DNA of 64,000 nucleotides from assembly GCA_051362555.1 (NCBI GenBank), contig CM120647.1, positions 7,254,001 through 7,318,000 of the forward strand, read 5' to 3'. The translations under genes were made by a program, and so were the position numbers. The stretch's first letter is position 1. Each line of letters opens with the position of its first letter. This stretch comes from Lingula anatina. Taxonomy: Eukaryota; Animalia; Brachiopoda. Below are positions 37,875 to 52,296 of the stretch, piece after piece. Under the pieces are notes generated by a model. That model had not been told where the DNA came from, did no database searches, and worked only from the letters and a program-made list of their open reading frames with translations.

Positions 37875-39224
37875 TTACAGCATGTGAAACATGCATCAGC
37901 CTACTGTACAATTCGACTATCCGTAAAGGCTAACCGGGTCTTTATGCGAAATCACGAAAAAATAAACGTCGGTCATTTTACGGTTACGGATAGCTAAATG
38001 TAGTCGGTCGCCTAAACGTGCAGGTGCGAAAGCTCTCTAATTACAGGTCTGGCACGCCTACTGCAGCTGTTAAGGGGTAATTAACTGTCTTTTAGTGGCT
38101 TCAGTAGACGTGTCAGACAACAATGTCTTTTAATCTGAATGCAATTAAGCAAGAATCCCCTCGGAGATGGGTCAATCCTGCTAGATCGATCTAGCTATGG
38201 GAATGGGCTCTAAGACGAGGCTCACCTATACAAAACAATGGGGACTCGGCCCTGTAAAATGTCCACTAGAATTTGCTGCATAAAGACACAACTCGTATAC
38301 CTTACCTTAACTTTTCACTTCGTTAAAGGGCATGTAATTCTACCTCTCAATCACTGCATTAGTTATTTGTGTATCCGTGTACATGGATGGGTACATTTCC
38401 TAAAATTATACATAATAGAATCAAATATCCTAACTACGTGATATATTAATTTAGATGTTCTATTGTTCCTAGTCAGCTGGTGTAATCTACGTTTAGGTTC
38501 GTATGCAGTTGTCTCAAATGTACGGTTCATGGCTACTTTATATTTCATAACATGCGTTTCAGTGCCATATTAACAGAATGTGGCGTACCAGTAAGAAATT
38601 GTGAACTTACAAACATCGTAAACCACGAACAGCTACGTTGAACAATTTTTAAATGATATTATCTTTCCTCAAATCATTACGTACTTTTCAATGTCTTGGA
38701 GGAGAGCCTGGGAGAGACGACGTAAAGACACTGAAGGTCCATGTAACAGAAAGTCCGCCGCCCATATAGTTATAATGGTTAGGGTTAGCCTGACCTAAGT
38801 GGGTCAAATGTCTAGGGCGAGGCTTACCTCTACAAATGAATGGAAAAGCGAACTCTCTATCATGGGGGACTGTCACGTAATAACGGTCTACCGGTAGTCA
38901 CTAATGGTTTGAGTCATGACACAAGGGTCACTGTCCTCACCACTGCTATGACTGGTTATATCTTTCTTCGAACTCTTACGCCTCACAAGCACTTGCTTCA
39001 GAAAAAATTGACATGACACCAATCTCTGCTAAGGCGAAGGGGACATGCAAACTTACTGTATTCTGTAGCCTTGGTAGAAGATAAACACACCCTATAATAA
39101 TACATCATAACGTGTTTCATGATAATATTGCACAAACCGACATCTTGGTCTACGCATCATAATGACTTGATAAAACAATATGTCTCTTTATACACTTTAG
39201 TACGTATCATAAAAACGTCATTTA

Positions 39225-39443
39225 AGACTGCATTCCCACAGATTTAGATCGATCCATCTGGATCGACCTAACTCCCTGTGGTTTCACGCTAAATTGCTGT
39301 CAGCCGAGCGCGCACTATATAGTTAATTACCCCCTTACAGCTTTTAGTAGGCGGGACAGACATTTAAGCCGGTTAAGCTGACACCAATCTAGTGAGACTC
39401 CCAGGGGGATAGATCGATCTAAAAATCTGTGGGAATGCAGTCT
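39225..39443. mobile_element. About 215-bp Tourist-like MITE family copy
   Basis: TIR AGACTGCATTCCCACAGATT; body (GATCGACCTAACTCCCTG...GTTAATTACCCC...TAGTGAGACTCCC) shared with copies at 44397, 48271 and 48489. Confidence 0.8.
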
Positions 39444-41154
39444 CAGTCATGAATAACCAGACTTGAACATCATGTTCTCTTTACTGCTTTATCATAAATG
39501 ACATTAAAAATCTAATTTAAAGGCGTGAATAGTCTGGCTTCAACAATACGCTCTCTCTCTTGAATATACACTGTTTCTTTGTCGTCGCCCTTGTTTCTTC
39601 AGAAACATTTGGTATTTTCGACGTACATACTCCTATTCCCCCGATGTGACCTCAAGGCTTTGTTGGAGACATGGCACGGCACCTGCACGTTATGCAGACA
39701 TTCGCCAGAGCCCGTGGCTACTTACGTTGTCAAAATAAAAAAAATACGGAAAAATATTTTCGCTTTTGTTGTGTGTCGCCCGTGGCAAATGTTATCTAGG
39801 CTTATCAATTTTGACAACTTCGTGTCGCAGGATCGCATCGACTTTCGTTGTTGCACGATAACCGCAAGTTCACCGTGCAATGCCAGTGAGAGGATTGTAC
39901 AATGCCATAACGATATTGCTACGTTGTACGGGCATACGATAAAAAAATCATGTCTCATCTTGACATAATTGCAGAAGCTACGGAGGTCGTAAATCTGTAC
40001 GATTCAGTACGATTTTGCACGGCCACCGTCTAAATCCGCTGAGACGCCGAAGGCAACCGGATTTACGGGCAGTATACGAGCACCATACGCACATCACATA
40101 GCTATTTCAATCTGCGCTTAGGTAGGACGACAAACATCGTTGTGTTAAATTCCACGCAGTCTGCATACATTGCATTAGGTGTGTTGACAACTATTCAAAT
40201 GTTTTATATTTTATAGTACCATATCTTTATTGTGTTAGATAGAACTAAAGATCTTTTGAAAGAGGTTTGTATAGATTGTTGTTTTCTCATCAGATTCGGT
40301 GGGCCTTTAAATTTTTTAAATTTTGTGCAAAGAAGCAGTCATTGCACTTATTTCAAAATATAGTACGTAATTTCACATTATACCCCCACCCCATTTTTTT
40401 ACAACAGATCAACTTTATCAATCATACATAATTTATTAGATCAGTTGGTTTAAAAATGTTAATGATTCTTTAAAATAGCTGAATTCAACGGCTTACTCAG
40501 ATATTATAAAGAAATCACTCATGAGGTAATTGTAATTAAGCGTTTTCTTGATGAGATGAAGAAAAAACGATTTTTCAAACCTTTCAGGGTGAATGCCACT
40601 TTCTATTCGTTTTCCAGTCTAAATGGTCTTCACAAACGTAAACTTATCAAGAAAAGGTAATCAAAGGACATAATGCACAGTAAATAGTTACCTTTTATCA
40701 AACAATAGCTGTGAAGTATGAATGAAATTATGTAAATATACAAAAGAAGATTTGAATAAACCTAAAAATAAGGCTTCTGGGGTTATTAATGACTACCTTT
40801 AGTTATTTATGCCTAAATTTTGCTTCGTTATTAATTTTTTCTTCGCTTTGGTTATACACGTATGTGGCCGTCATAACAAGTTGTGTGAAACAACATGTCA
40901 TATGTAATATATAAACGATAATTAATATGATTGGTGTCATAGTAATAACACCATGAAGCACACTAATTAGATGATAATGATACAGTGAGTCGATTGCATG
41001 TCGCGGACGGTTTGGGTCATAATTAGCATTCTGTAGATACGTTTAGTATAGGTGCACTGCTCAAGAATGCATGTATCCAATGGAAATTTGAACAGGTAAT
41101 ATTAGCACCGTGACCGAGATAGCCTTGAGTGTTTTATTCTCGCCTGTTCTCGTT

Positions 41155-41494
41155 TTATGTCGTGCCTGTCCTTAATTTCTCAGAATGGCAGGATACGGCG
41201 ATTCTGGAGGTGAAGCTGTGATCGCATTAACCCCTTATATGTGTGGCGGATTCACCTACTCATCCCATGCACATATGGGGCGAAAATCCTTCACAATGTG
41301 GCTGCATTGCGAGTGTTCTATTCTCGTATGTTCTCGTCTATTATCGTCCCTGTCCTAATTTGTCAGAATGACAAGATGCGGCGATTCTGGAGGCGCAGCT
41401 GTGACAGGGTTACACGTTATATGTGTGGCGGATTCACCTACTCATACCATGCACATATGAGGCGAAAATCCTTTCTCAACGTGGCTGTATTGTG
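41155..41494. repeat. Two-copy tandem duplication (about 185-bp unit) immediately downstream of the GPCR stop codon
   Basis: CCTGTCC.TAATTT.TCAGAATG.CA.GAT.CGGCGATTCTGGAGG...TATGTGTGGCGGATTCACCTACTCAT.CCATGCACATATG.GGCGAAAATCCTT occurs twice. Confidence 0.75.
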
Positions 41495-44151
41495 TTACAC
41501 TGCTTCACTGTGACTGGCACCATTGTCTAACGCGCTTCTGGCATCCCTGCCATTCCCATCCCCAACCTGAGTAGTGACAGAACGTTCCAAGTCGACGTTG
41601 GGTTTCTTTGAAGGTTTTATACGAAGCAGTTTCTTGAATTCGTTTCTAAACGCTTTCATTCTGAATGCGTATACCACCGGGTTCTGTGCCGAGTTTGCTA
41701 TAGCCAAAATAGTGGCGTAACTGCGCCATTCTTCCCAAGTCTCGGAGTATATCAACCCGCCGTACACCTGAATGGCAGTTATCAAATAGAACGGATACCA
41801 ACACAACATAAAGAGTCCTAATACGATGGCAGCCGTTTTCGCTATCTTTAAGTTCGTAGTAAAGGCCAGCCTCGGCTGTGTATTGTACCTTTGAATCCGA
41901 TGCGCTCGCTCGTGAGCTATGTAAAATATCCGACCGTAGAGCCCTAGAATGGCGAGGGTGTTTATGACAAAAAGAGGTACCAGCCACGCTAAATAAATCC
42001 ATGGCATGACTTTTGCAAAGTCACAATCTCTGCCTGGAATGTCTTCCCAGGAATTATGCCAAACCATTGGGATAACGAAGGCAAACCCGATAGACGAGAG
42101 CCACACTGCGGTGACGATTATCCGGGCTCTCGATTGCGTCATGAGCACGTGGTAGCGTAGTGGGTGTACGATTGACACGTGGCGGTCGACAGCAATGGCG
42201 AGGAGAAACAGGACTGAGGCTGTTAATGTAACGGTAATGGACGAATACCTGCAATGAGACGGAAAAAAAGTTGTGACATTATGCTACTCATATCTTATAG
42301 TAAAACTTACATGAAGTACCCATAAGTCTCACAGATGGGACAAATGATTTGTAGTATTTTAGAAATAATTAAAGACATACACTACAAATGAAAACAAATA
42401 TAATAGTGACATATATAATACATTAATGATAATAACATAACATATGTGAAAATAATATCGTAATCTTAAAACGGAAAGAAGTCTACAGTGTAAGTTACCA
42501 GTAATTAATTTAACCGCCATTAGCAGAATCAGTGTACCAAGGCACGGGACGTTAAACAGACAGACATGTATTTATCAGAAAAAGAAATTAAAATAATAGT
42601 ATCAATGTAAATGCAGAGTGTCAATCATTCTTAAAATGCTTTCCTTCCGTTCATTCTGTTTGAATGGATGAATATGTGCTTAAGCTGATATATGTATTCA
42701 TTTATGCCATGCCCTGAAATATAATTTACCGCACCACACATGTAAACTAAACACCTCCATTATCTTAAGCAGCAATGCGGTGAACACGAATCGGTCGACA
42801 AAAAGCCCATCGCTCACACGCTTCTTATTTGCTAAACTGGGCAACAAACACGCATCTGTAAACATAAAACTCATTAAGGCTGACAGCCTGCGATTGTTCT
42901 ATGGGCACTTCAAAACAACATATGAACGCATTGTGAAAGAGACATGGGCTTGGCAGGGGCGGATTGAGGCCGTCTTCTGGGTCTTTCGGAAGACGGTCAG
43001 ATGTTCAGATTTACATTGACGGGTATCTAATTTTTTTCTATCGGAAGACGGTCAAAAATGGAGGATGGATCAACAAAGATAATTTGGAAGACTGTCAGAA
43101 ACTATCTCTGGGTCCGCCTCTGCTTGGATATTTACTCATTCCAGAGCCACGATGTATCACTTTTGCTCGACTTCATTGATTTGTGAGAGATAATGTCTTC
43201 GGGGGCATGTAATTAAGTTGAGAGAGATAAGTGACCAAGTGCGTGTAACGAGTCATTAACCTGCTCGTGAAACCTCTGTTTACTTGAAAACCGTAGCCTA
43301 AAAAGATCTTTTCACATCGAACGGTTGTCTGTACCTAAATACATTGTGGGATTGGTAACTTAAAGGTGCATACAAAGTCAATTTTTTGTCACAAAAACCA
43401 ACCAAATGCCAGCATATAGTTTCAAGTAGTATAACTAAGAGAATTACCAAAAGGCATTGTTTAATTTTACCCGAAAATGATGTTTGAACAGATTTTTCTG
43501 CTGGCATTCTAAGCTGTATGTCAATGGGGTAGGAAAGTAGGTCACGGAAGTAGGTTAAATTTACAACCATAAATTTAAAGAAAGGAGCAGTCTAAAGGTC
43601 TTTTATGGCTGATCGAGTGATCTATTCAGTTTATACCTTGGCATGTCGAATTTATTAGAGCCATATAAGAATCTAGTAGAAGTGGTTTACATGTGTTACT
43701 GGGAATCCACACTCCACCGATGCTCGGTTCGTATGTACCTTTAAAGGGATAACAACGCTTCGTATGAGATCCAAATTTTGCACTAAATATATTATAATCA
43801 ATTCATAGAAATATAATACATTTTAGTTTACCATCAAAACGGCGGTTATCGCAATTATTCTGGAATCTGTGGTTGCCGTCGGACCACGTGACCAAAACAG
43901 ATCACTACCCTATATAATAATCTCTCAAGAGAACATAAAAAAAACCTTCTTATGAAAAAAAATAAATAAATAAATAAGCTGGGGATAACTTTGAATGCCA
44001 GAGAGGATTCATTAACCGTTGGTAAGTTTGGGGAAATTTTCAATTTTTTGCTAAAATGAACAGGTATTATTCCTTCAAAACCTGACTATTACGTAACATA
44101 TCCCCCCCCCCCCCCATTTGACACTAACAATGGATCAACTCTTAAGCACAC

Positions 44152-44203
<52 letters not shown>

Positions 44204-45267
44204 TCACGTTTTCATCTTTGTCCAGTTTGGCCTGTCTGCGACCCCACAAAATTATTTTATCCCTGACGTATTAACATTATAGTTTTGGCACGTCAAAGTT
44301 TTCTGCTCGCGACAATCAATGACAGATTTACATTTCCTCTTATGGCCAATTATTTAAAGTAAATTTCCTATTAATTCTCATTTCGGTTAACACTAAGGGC
44401 GTATTCCCATAGATGTTAGATCGATCTATCCCCGTGGGGAGTCCCACTAAATTACTGTCAGATAATCTGGCTTAAATGTCCGTCCCGCCTACTACAAGCT
44501 GTAATGGGGTAATTAACTATGGTGCCCGCTCGGCTGACAGCTATTTAGCGTGAACCCCCAGGGAGTTAGGTCGATCTAGTTTGGATCGATCTAATCTCTG
44601 GGAATGGGGTCTAACAAAAGCGGTCTCACTGGTCACATATCAATCAACATATTGTGTCTGTCCGTGTCACTACTTTCACCACTCAATATAAACACGCTGA
44701 GGAAAACAGAGATTAAAAACATCGCTTCTGTTACCTTGTCGTATGCTAATAGGATAGGTGGTCAGGGGCCGGTCAGGGATTTTTTAAGGGGATGAGGGTC
44801 TGCGAAGGGGAACCGACCCACTGAAAGGCCCCGAAAGTTTTTTAGGGGGATTTTAGAGGTTGAACGTTGCCATTTGGTACGGTTTAGAACTATTCAGATT
44901 CAGTTAAAATTCTAATTTTAAAAGGGGATCATTGGTGCGTGTATGAGGTTTTTTTTCAGATATCGACACCTCTGACCCCTCCCACTAAATCCGCCACTGG
45001 CGTTGAACGGAGCTTTCATTCTCAAAAGCAATTCCGTCACTTGGCTTTTTATCCCTTTTTTTAAGAGCTTTATCCAACATGAGAACATGAAGTTCGTCCA
45101 TATCGCTTAGTCGATTTTAAAACTCTGTGGTGAATGAAATGCTATATTCCTGACAGAGTGCTTTACCGTCTGTTGCATATGTGGATACAACAATTATACG
45201 ATTATATTTACAGCTGCTTAAATGATACAGCAGAATATTGTCAGAACCGGGTGAACTTCATCCACTA

Positions 45268-45329
<62 letters not shown>

Positions 45330-45729
45330 TTATAGTATTCCTGCATGTGACAGCGCCAAAAGAAGCTAAATGTGCATTCCCATTCCCATTCGACTTTATC
45401 GGATATTATTCATGCATAACTTCTTACGCTCATCTGGTTAGAATTAAAAACCAAGTATTGTATTGAAAATAATCCTTGACATTCGACTTTCCAGCAACTT
45501 CAGAGAGGGGTTCGTTTTCTGAAAAAGTGGACCTTTTACCATAAAATCCTCAAGTACATAGGTCAAATTTTACCCAGAGTGGACCTTTTCCCAGCAAAAA
45601 GGGTGGTTCTCTTGGACCCCCGCCCCCCCCCCCCTCCGGCTACGGTTCTTCAGATTCCCTGACCCCCCCCCCCCCCCCCCCCCGGTTGTTTCGGACCCCC
45701 TGAAACCCCTGGCTACTGGCCTGCATGCT

Positions 45730-45776
<47 letters not shown>

Positions 45777-46432
45777 GTTAGCACCAGCGCGTTAGACCTA
45801 TATCGTTGCGATGTAAAGAGGTGGTAAAAATTAATGACGACCAGCCCGCGTCATCGTCTGTCGTCCTTAATTAACGGGTAAAGACACATTTTGTGTATAT
45901 ATATATATTTTTTTTTTCTTTTTTTTTTTTTTTTTGTCGTCCCGAATGGCCGTGAGGACAGAGGAGTGAAAGAAATAAATATAAATACAGAATGAAAGGG
46001 TCTGTGAATAAAGGAATGCATGAAGAAACTGAGAGAGAAAAAAAGAAAGAAAGAAAGAGGGAAAATCCGATCAAAAGAAAGAATGCTTGTACTGCATGGA
46101 TTTTGATTAAAAACAATTAAAACCTACCTAAACACACAAACGTATATATTTTCCAGTATCCGTCTATCAAAGAAGATATAGATGTGGAACGGCATCGTGG
46201 CCCCGACACAAGTGTCTGCAACGGCGAGATGGAGGATGAAAAAGTTGGTGACCGTCCTCAGCGCCGCGTTTCTGTAAAAAGCCGCAATGACCAGAACGTT
46301 GCCACAGCAAATGACCACCATAAGAATGGCCTCGCATATCACGATTGTCAGAACAAGGGTGGACAATGTCCCCGGCTCCGTGGAGTCGCTCGAGTTCCCG
46401 GTAATATTCATGTCTGTGTCACTCGGGACCAT
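41495..46432 (-). CDS. Rhodopsin-family (class A) GPCR, adenosine-receptor-like/orphan, 2 exons, about 352 aa
   Basis: Exons 46432-46128 and 42248-41495 join in frame (1059 nt). TM1 GNVLV, TM2 LAVAD, TM3 AVDRH (DRY variant), TM6 CWYP, TM7 NSAQNPVVY; N-terminal N-glycosylation sequons NIT and NSS. Confidence 0.9.
44397..44611. mobile_element. 215-bp Tourist-like MITE, reverse orientation, in the GPCR intron
   Basis: TAA duplication at 44394-44396 and 44612-44614; close reverse-complement match to 48489-48703. Confidence 0.85.
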
Positions 46433-48270
46433 ATTTGTATTGTGAATTGCTGGCGATGTCTTTTCTAAGCTTATATTTTTAAATACTTAATTGGCGTACT
46501 GGCGTTGATTGATTATCTATAAATATTTGAGGCTAACGACACTCATCTAAATGACCCCTCAAGTTTATAATACCATCATTCCATCATACTTGTCAGTTCT
46601 CCTAATAGTTTAGTCACAAGCGTCTGTTAGATTATACGTTTGAATAATCAATAACCCATGTTATGTCATTTAGTTACATATTTTCACTAAAGGTAGCCCC
46701 TTGTATCTCTGCCTGAATCGATCCGAGACAATCGATAAGACGTTGTTCCCGCTGAAATACTTTCACTTTCACTATTTCAATCACGAGACGCATCGACAAA
46801 CAAAGACGTTGATGTATCAGTTTTAATAATTTCACTCTCTCACAGTGCACTTGAGGTCTAAAAATCCAGTCATTTGCTATTGTCACTGTACATGGCGACG
46901 TTTGTTGCGAGTGTTGAATAATATGTCCTTATATTGTTGAACTGTCCGTACTTTCAGTCCCGTTTAGTCTTGATTCGATCCTTATTACATTAGTCCAGTT
47001 TTATAGACGCCGTGGTCCTTGTTTGTTTGTTTGTTTGTTTGTTTGTTTGTTATGATAGCTGGGATATTATATCGAGTTGTCCCAACCTGCTTGGTAATTT
47101 TATAAAGCCAATATTTCTACACCCATCCGGTCTTCACGTAGACGTCCTAGTACATCGTTCCTTCTTCGTTGTTTCCTAGAGTTATTTCCCTAGCAGTCTG
47201 TCGTTTATTTTAAACTTGTTTTCTATACTTCACGCAACATTCTTAGCATTTGTTGATAAAATCTAAGCCCGTGAATCTCTTCACTCAATCCAATATAGGG
47301 AGGAGGTCAAGCTACATATTTCCGTCGAGGGTGTATATATAGAAGACAGTAAACCGTATAACGAGGCCCGAGCAAATATCGCAGACAGAGTGCTAACCTG
47401 TCATTAAGTTAGTGTGAAATGTCGATGACCTATGGCCGTCAAAAGACGAGATAGTACGTCGCTTCACTGAGTGAACACGCTTGGGTGATTTCTCTGTTCA
47501 ATTATGAAGCACCTTGATCCATGTCCGACGCGTTGATGTGTCTAAATACTGGGTTTCTTCTGTGCCACTCACGTCACTGTATTATTAAAAACAGAGTAGA
47601 ATCTGAGGTATATGTGTTTCACAAGCCGGCCCAGTCGAAGATCCGAAGTAGCTTTATGACAGTCCTCGTATGTCCTTTTGAATTATACTCCCAACAAATT
47701 GCATTTCATATGAATCAGCCAAAGAAAAAATCATCAAGCTAGCCCCAAGTGATGTCACAGTGTTCACATTAACTTGTACCAGTCCTTTAAAATGATACAA
47801 CAGTCTGTCAAGAAATACACATGTATACTGGGATAGTCAGTAAATTATTGTAATTACCTTACAATACTAGCGCACATAGGCTAACGGTATAATAACGGTC
47901 GGTGAATCACAAATGTTCAATTAGACGTTATTTGTGTACAGCCCTGTCCGGATTTTCCCTTCGCCTAGCTGTAAAAGATAGAATATTCTTTTCTCTCCGA
48001 ATATACTGCCTACCTTTCAATGGTGTCTGCTACCAATACTTGTACCGGGGTACCCTACAATCCTCGGGCGCTTTTTCACCTGAGTCACTTTCATTGTGTG
48101 ACAAAACATCTTAGTTATTCATGTATGTATATAAGGGACAGAGTTGCGTTCCTACCTGAAGGTTATCAGTCCCTTTGTCCATTAACGTCAATGAATCCCT
48201 CTGTGGTGCTATAATTAGCCATCCATTGTAAACAGTTCATATTCAGAGACCTCTTTGAGGACGTCATTTA

Positions 48271-48703
48271 CACCCCATTCTCACAGATTAGATCGACCTA
48301 CATTGGATCGACCTAACTCCCTGGGGGTTCACGCTAAATAGCTGTCAGCCGGGCGGACACGAAAGTTAATTACCCCTTAAAGCTTGTAGTAGGCGGGGAC
48401 GGACACTTAAGGGGGATTATCTGACAGTAATCTAGTGAGACTCCCCGCGGTGATAGATCGATCTAAAAGTTGTGAGAACAGAGCCTTAGACCCCATTCCC
48501 AGAGATTAGATCGATCTACTTAAGATCGACCTAACTCCCTGGGGGTTTACGCTAGATAGCTGTCAGCCGAGCGGGCACGAAAGTTAATTACCCACTTACA
48601 GCTTGTAGTAGGCGGGACGGACATTTAAGCCGGATTATCTGACGGTAATCTAGTGAGACTCCCCGCGGGGATAGATCGATCTAAAAGCTCTGGGAATACG
48701 CCC
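48271..48703. mobile_element. Head-to-tail pair of 215-bp MITEs
   Basis: Arrangement TTA-[48271-48485]-TTA-[48489-48703]-TTA. Confidence 0.85.
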
Positions 48704-51144
48704 TTAAACTGTGCTTCTAGTCTATATTCTCCTTGTAAAGAGCCTATTTTTAATTTTTCGGATGGGAAAGTATAGTGACTTTTACGGTGTTAATTGTAAT
48801 GTCGTCCTTGACATGTTCGGGATATCCGGATTGGATCCTCACGCATGCTCTGTCGCAAAGATAGAGCCTGTGGTTTTATATTCTGGACAATATCGTTAAT
48901 TCTTCCTAGATAATACGATATTTGGATACTAGAAAGTCCACGAGACATCCATCACTGTCAAAGCCCCTCCATTGTGTAACTTTAGAACTGATAAGTAATT
49001 TCCCTCGGGAGGTTTTCAAACGATAAATCCCTGGCCTAACATTTCCATATTACGTAACGGTCGTATTACGAAATGTAGTCTTCTTCGGTATATTTGGATG
49101 GGACTACAAACTTGGTTCCAACGGGAGAACCGGCTTGTGAAATTCGAAGTTCTGAATCTTTAAATGATGTAAAACGACAACAGTGTCTCTCTTCCAAGAC
49201 AGGACCGGTCAAAAGTCTCCTCACCTTCAACTCTTTGTTTTGAACTCGTACTGCTGGTCGAATTGTTGAGCCGATGACGTACTTGGTATGCATAAATTAT
49301 CACAGGTCACGGAAGAGAAATATCCATAGCTTGCGAAAAGCACAATCACGTTTCCACTGTAGCGAGAAAATGACGTTTATCTTCGTGACCCCGCTAGAAG
49401 ATAATAAACACCCACCTGTTACTCTTTGGGCAACCCATTTGAAGAATTTCATGTACATGTGCTAGTGACGTCAAGCCGCAAATATACCCGCTAGCTCCTG
49501 TCACCCGGTAGCTCTTATCTGATGAAAGAGCTCCATTCAATGTCCGTTGTATATCATTTTTTATATAAATGGTTTAATTTGTATTTTTTATTCATATCCA
49601 ACCTTGCGGTTACCATGTGTTCACAAATTTATTATTATAATAATTATTATTATTATTGTTATTATTAATTTAAGTTTCGGCGACATTGAAGGACTTAACT
49701 GTTATAGGCCTGTCTTATACCAGTATACTGTATATTCTTTCTGTTCATTTCGATGGAAGTACACTTTTACAATAAGTGTGATCGATTCAGAGAAGAATGT
49801 CATCAGCTGTGTTATGTTATAAGAATGAAGTAATTTTTCATCTGTCAACAGTTAATTTTGAGATTTTTATTATTATTGGGTATGATCGAGGGATATACGG
49901 TTTCACAAGTGCACGCAGTACTTACTACATGTGCAATGGCTTATCATAAAGTTGCTGTTTTAAGAATTAGTACTGTAGTGAAATCTTTTTTTATATGGTA
50001 GGGCACTACGCCGTATACTAGGAGACAATATTAATTGGAGACCTAGGGGGTTATCATTGCAATAGCGACGGGAAAAGGGGAGGGAGTTCGGCTAAGCTCT
50101 CCCCGTACTTTCTGCGCTGATAGTGACCAAAATGAAAAAAGTGGCGGCTCCCCTCCCCAAAGACCGTCTCACACGCATGTCTCTCTCTATTTTTTTTTCT
50201 TTTTTTTTGTCGTTATCATTGTAGGATCTGCTTGTACCGAAATGCCATCAGGTTATAACAGTAACTATAGAAATTGACAATGAGCGTTTTGACACTTCAA
50301 CTTCAATGCACAAAGACTAGCCTATTATAGCGCCACAGGAAAAATACATAAAAAAATATTGCACCCCATACTTTAAAGAGAAAACAACTCGTCCTCAAAA
50401 TTCCACAATAAATACAACGTAAACACGCACATAGGTACATGTACATAATAAATTCCATTTACCACCAAAACGACGATGATCGCAATTCTTCTGAGATTTG
50501 TACTTGTCATCGGACCATCGTGGATCTTCAAAGATAGCTACCATAAGTACATGTAATGATCTGCTAAGAAATAATTATAAAATTGAGTTACTCTGAAGGT
50601 CGGAACGGATGCATTGACCACTGGAAAGTATGGGGACATTTCATGTCACGTTTCCCGCCAAAATGAAAAAGCTCTCTTCCCTTTAATGTCAAAGAATATT
50701 GATTGAATAAAACGATAAAAAAGGCAAAAGGGCCAAAGATCTGATGGCCTGTTTGCAGTGGCGATTGGTCGAACTAACTTAGGTCTATCCAGATATTGAA
50801 GGGATGATTTGACAACGGTAAGTTTACCCGAATCCTGGGCCATTTCTTGTCGCGTCCCCTGTAGCTTGAGGCCCACGTATGTCGCGAAGCGCGAGCTAGC
50901 CTTGAGCTTGTTGTTAAAGTTATCCGTAGAAAGCTCTTGAATAAACATTTCCCAACACACCGGGTATCCATTTATTTTTATTTATTAAGTATTACCAAGC
51001 GGTTTGCCACTTGTGTGACATACATACATCAGTGCAATCGTATTCTTCAACTTATATTTGATATATTCAAATAATAACAATAACAATAGCAAGGCAATCC
51101 CTTCTGTAACATATTTCCGGCATATTCAAATACTACTACTACTT

Positions 51145-51231
<87 letters not shown>

Positions 51232-51883
51232 TATCAATAATCCTTATCCATCTTTATTTAAATAGACCCACATCTGTTCTTGTGCCTCTCAACTTGCACT
51301 TTGTGTTAAAACGGCTTTATCCAAAACGTTCGTGAAGGCAAAAGTGGACCACTCCTAAAGACTTTATTTCCTCATTCCCCCTGTATTGGAGTTAAGATAT
51401 TACCGTCATGAATTATTCACGTTCTATATATATAAACTTGTACTTCTCCCGAGGCTTTGAGCATTGTTATCGTCTCATGGCGAGGTGTCCCCCGATTCAC
51501 GACCGTGACGACCTGATACAAAGATATGGAGTCAATGAGGACTTTTGTCAACAATACGCTTTACTTGTATCACTGTGCAGTCAAAACATGTCTCAAAATG
51601 GCGATACTCCATGTAATAGATAAATAAATAACATAACATAAAATAACATATAAGAATTGTAACATTACGGTTATAAAATATGTGCATACCTTATTCTGTT
51701 TTACATAAAGTACTTTCATTGCTCACCATTAGTGTTTTTATCTGACTTAATAAAACACGACAGAGCAGAAAACAATAGAGGCGCCATGCTCTGTTCCTTG
51801 TAGAGTCACGCAGGATGCGGCTCTTATTTTTTATTTATTTTATCCATTATTTTATTTATTTTTATTACTTTGCTAGGACCACT

Positions 51884-52066
51884 CAGGCCCGTAGCCAGGG
51901 GGGGGGGGGGGGGGGGGGGTTCGGGGGGTTCGAAAGAACCGCCCCTTTTGCTGGGAAAAGATCCACTCTGGGTAAAATTTGATCTAGTTACATCTAGTTT
52001 TTATGGGAAAAGGTCCACTTTTTCAGAAAAAGAACCCCCTTTTTGAAATTGCTGGCTACGGGCCTG
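51884..52066. mobile_element. hAT-like MITE present only in unit 1; related inverted copy at about 45490-45723
   Basis: TIR CAGGCCCGTAGCCAG; imperfect 8-bp duplication GGACCACT / GGTCCATG. Unit 2 shows the empty site TAGGACCATGTTATGC near 57290. Confidence 0.75.
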
Positions 52067-52296
52067 GGTCCATGTTATGCTTCAAATATAATTAAAAACT
52101 GATATTAATCAAGTGCTAGGGTACAATTTCACCTGTAGCGCCTCATGTATCTTTCATGCATTATTTAGCACAAATAGTGCATATCAGAGACCGTGAATAA
52201 CAGCACCAGTGCTCACGCGTGGAACTTGTGCTATTAATTATAACAGAACCCTGGCACTCCAAATGTTAATGCAATGCATGCCTAACATAAATTAAT

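Larger units (their letters stand above)
32107..38038. mobile_element. Decayed PHIS-superfamily (Pangu-like) DNA transposon hosting a LINE and a second DNA element
   Basis: About 45-bp TIRs AGAGAGCTTTCGCACCTG.ACGTTTAGGCGA.CGACTAC.TTTAG, AAT target duplication at 32104-32106 and 38039-38041, and internal transposase and coiled-coil remnants. Confidence 0.8.

Noticed and set aside
36890-37933. Cluster of overlapping 60-130 aa ORFs in a GC-richer patch
   Set aside because: They fall within a TIR-bounded non-autonomous element and carry no domain motifs.
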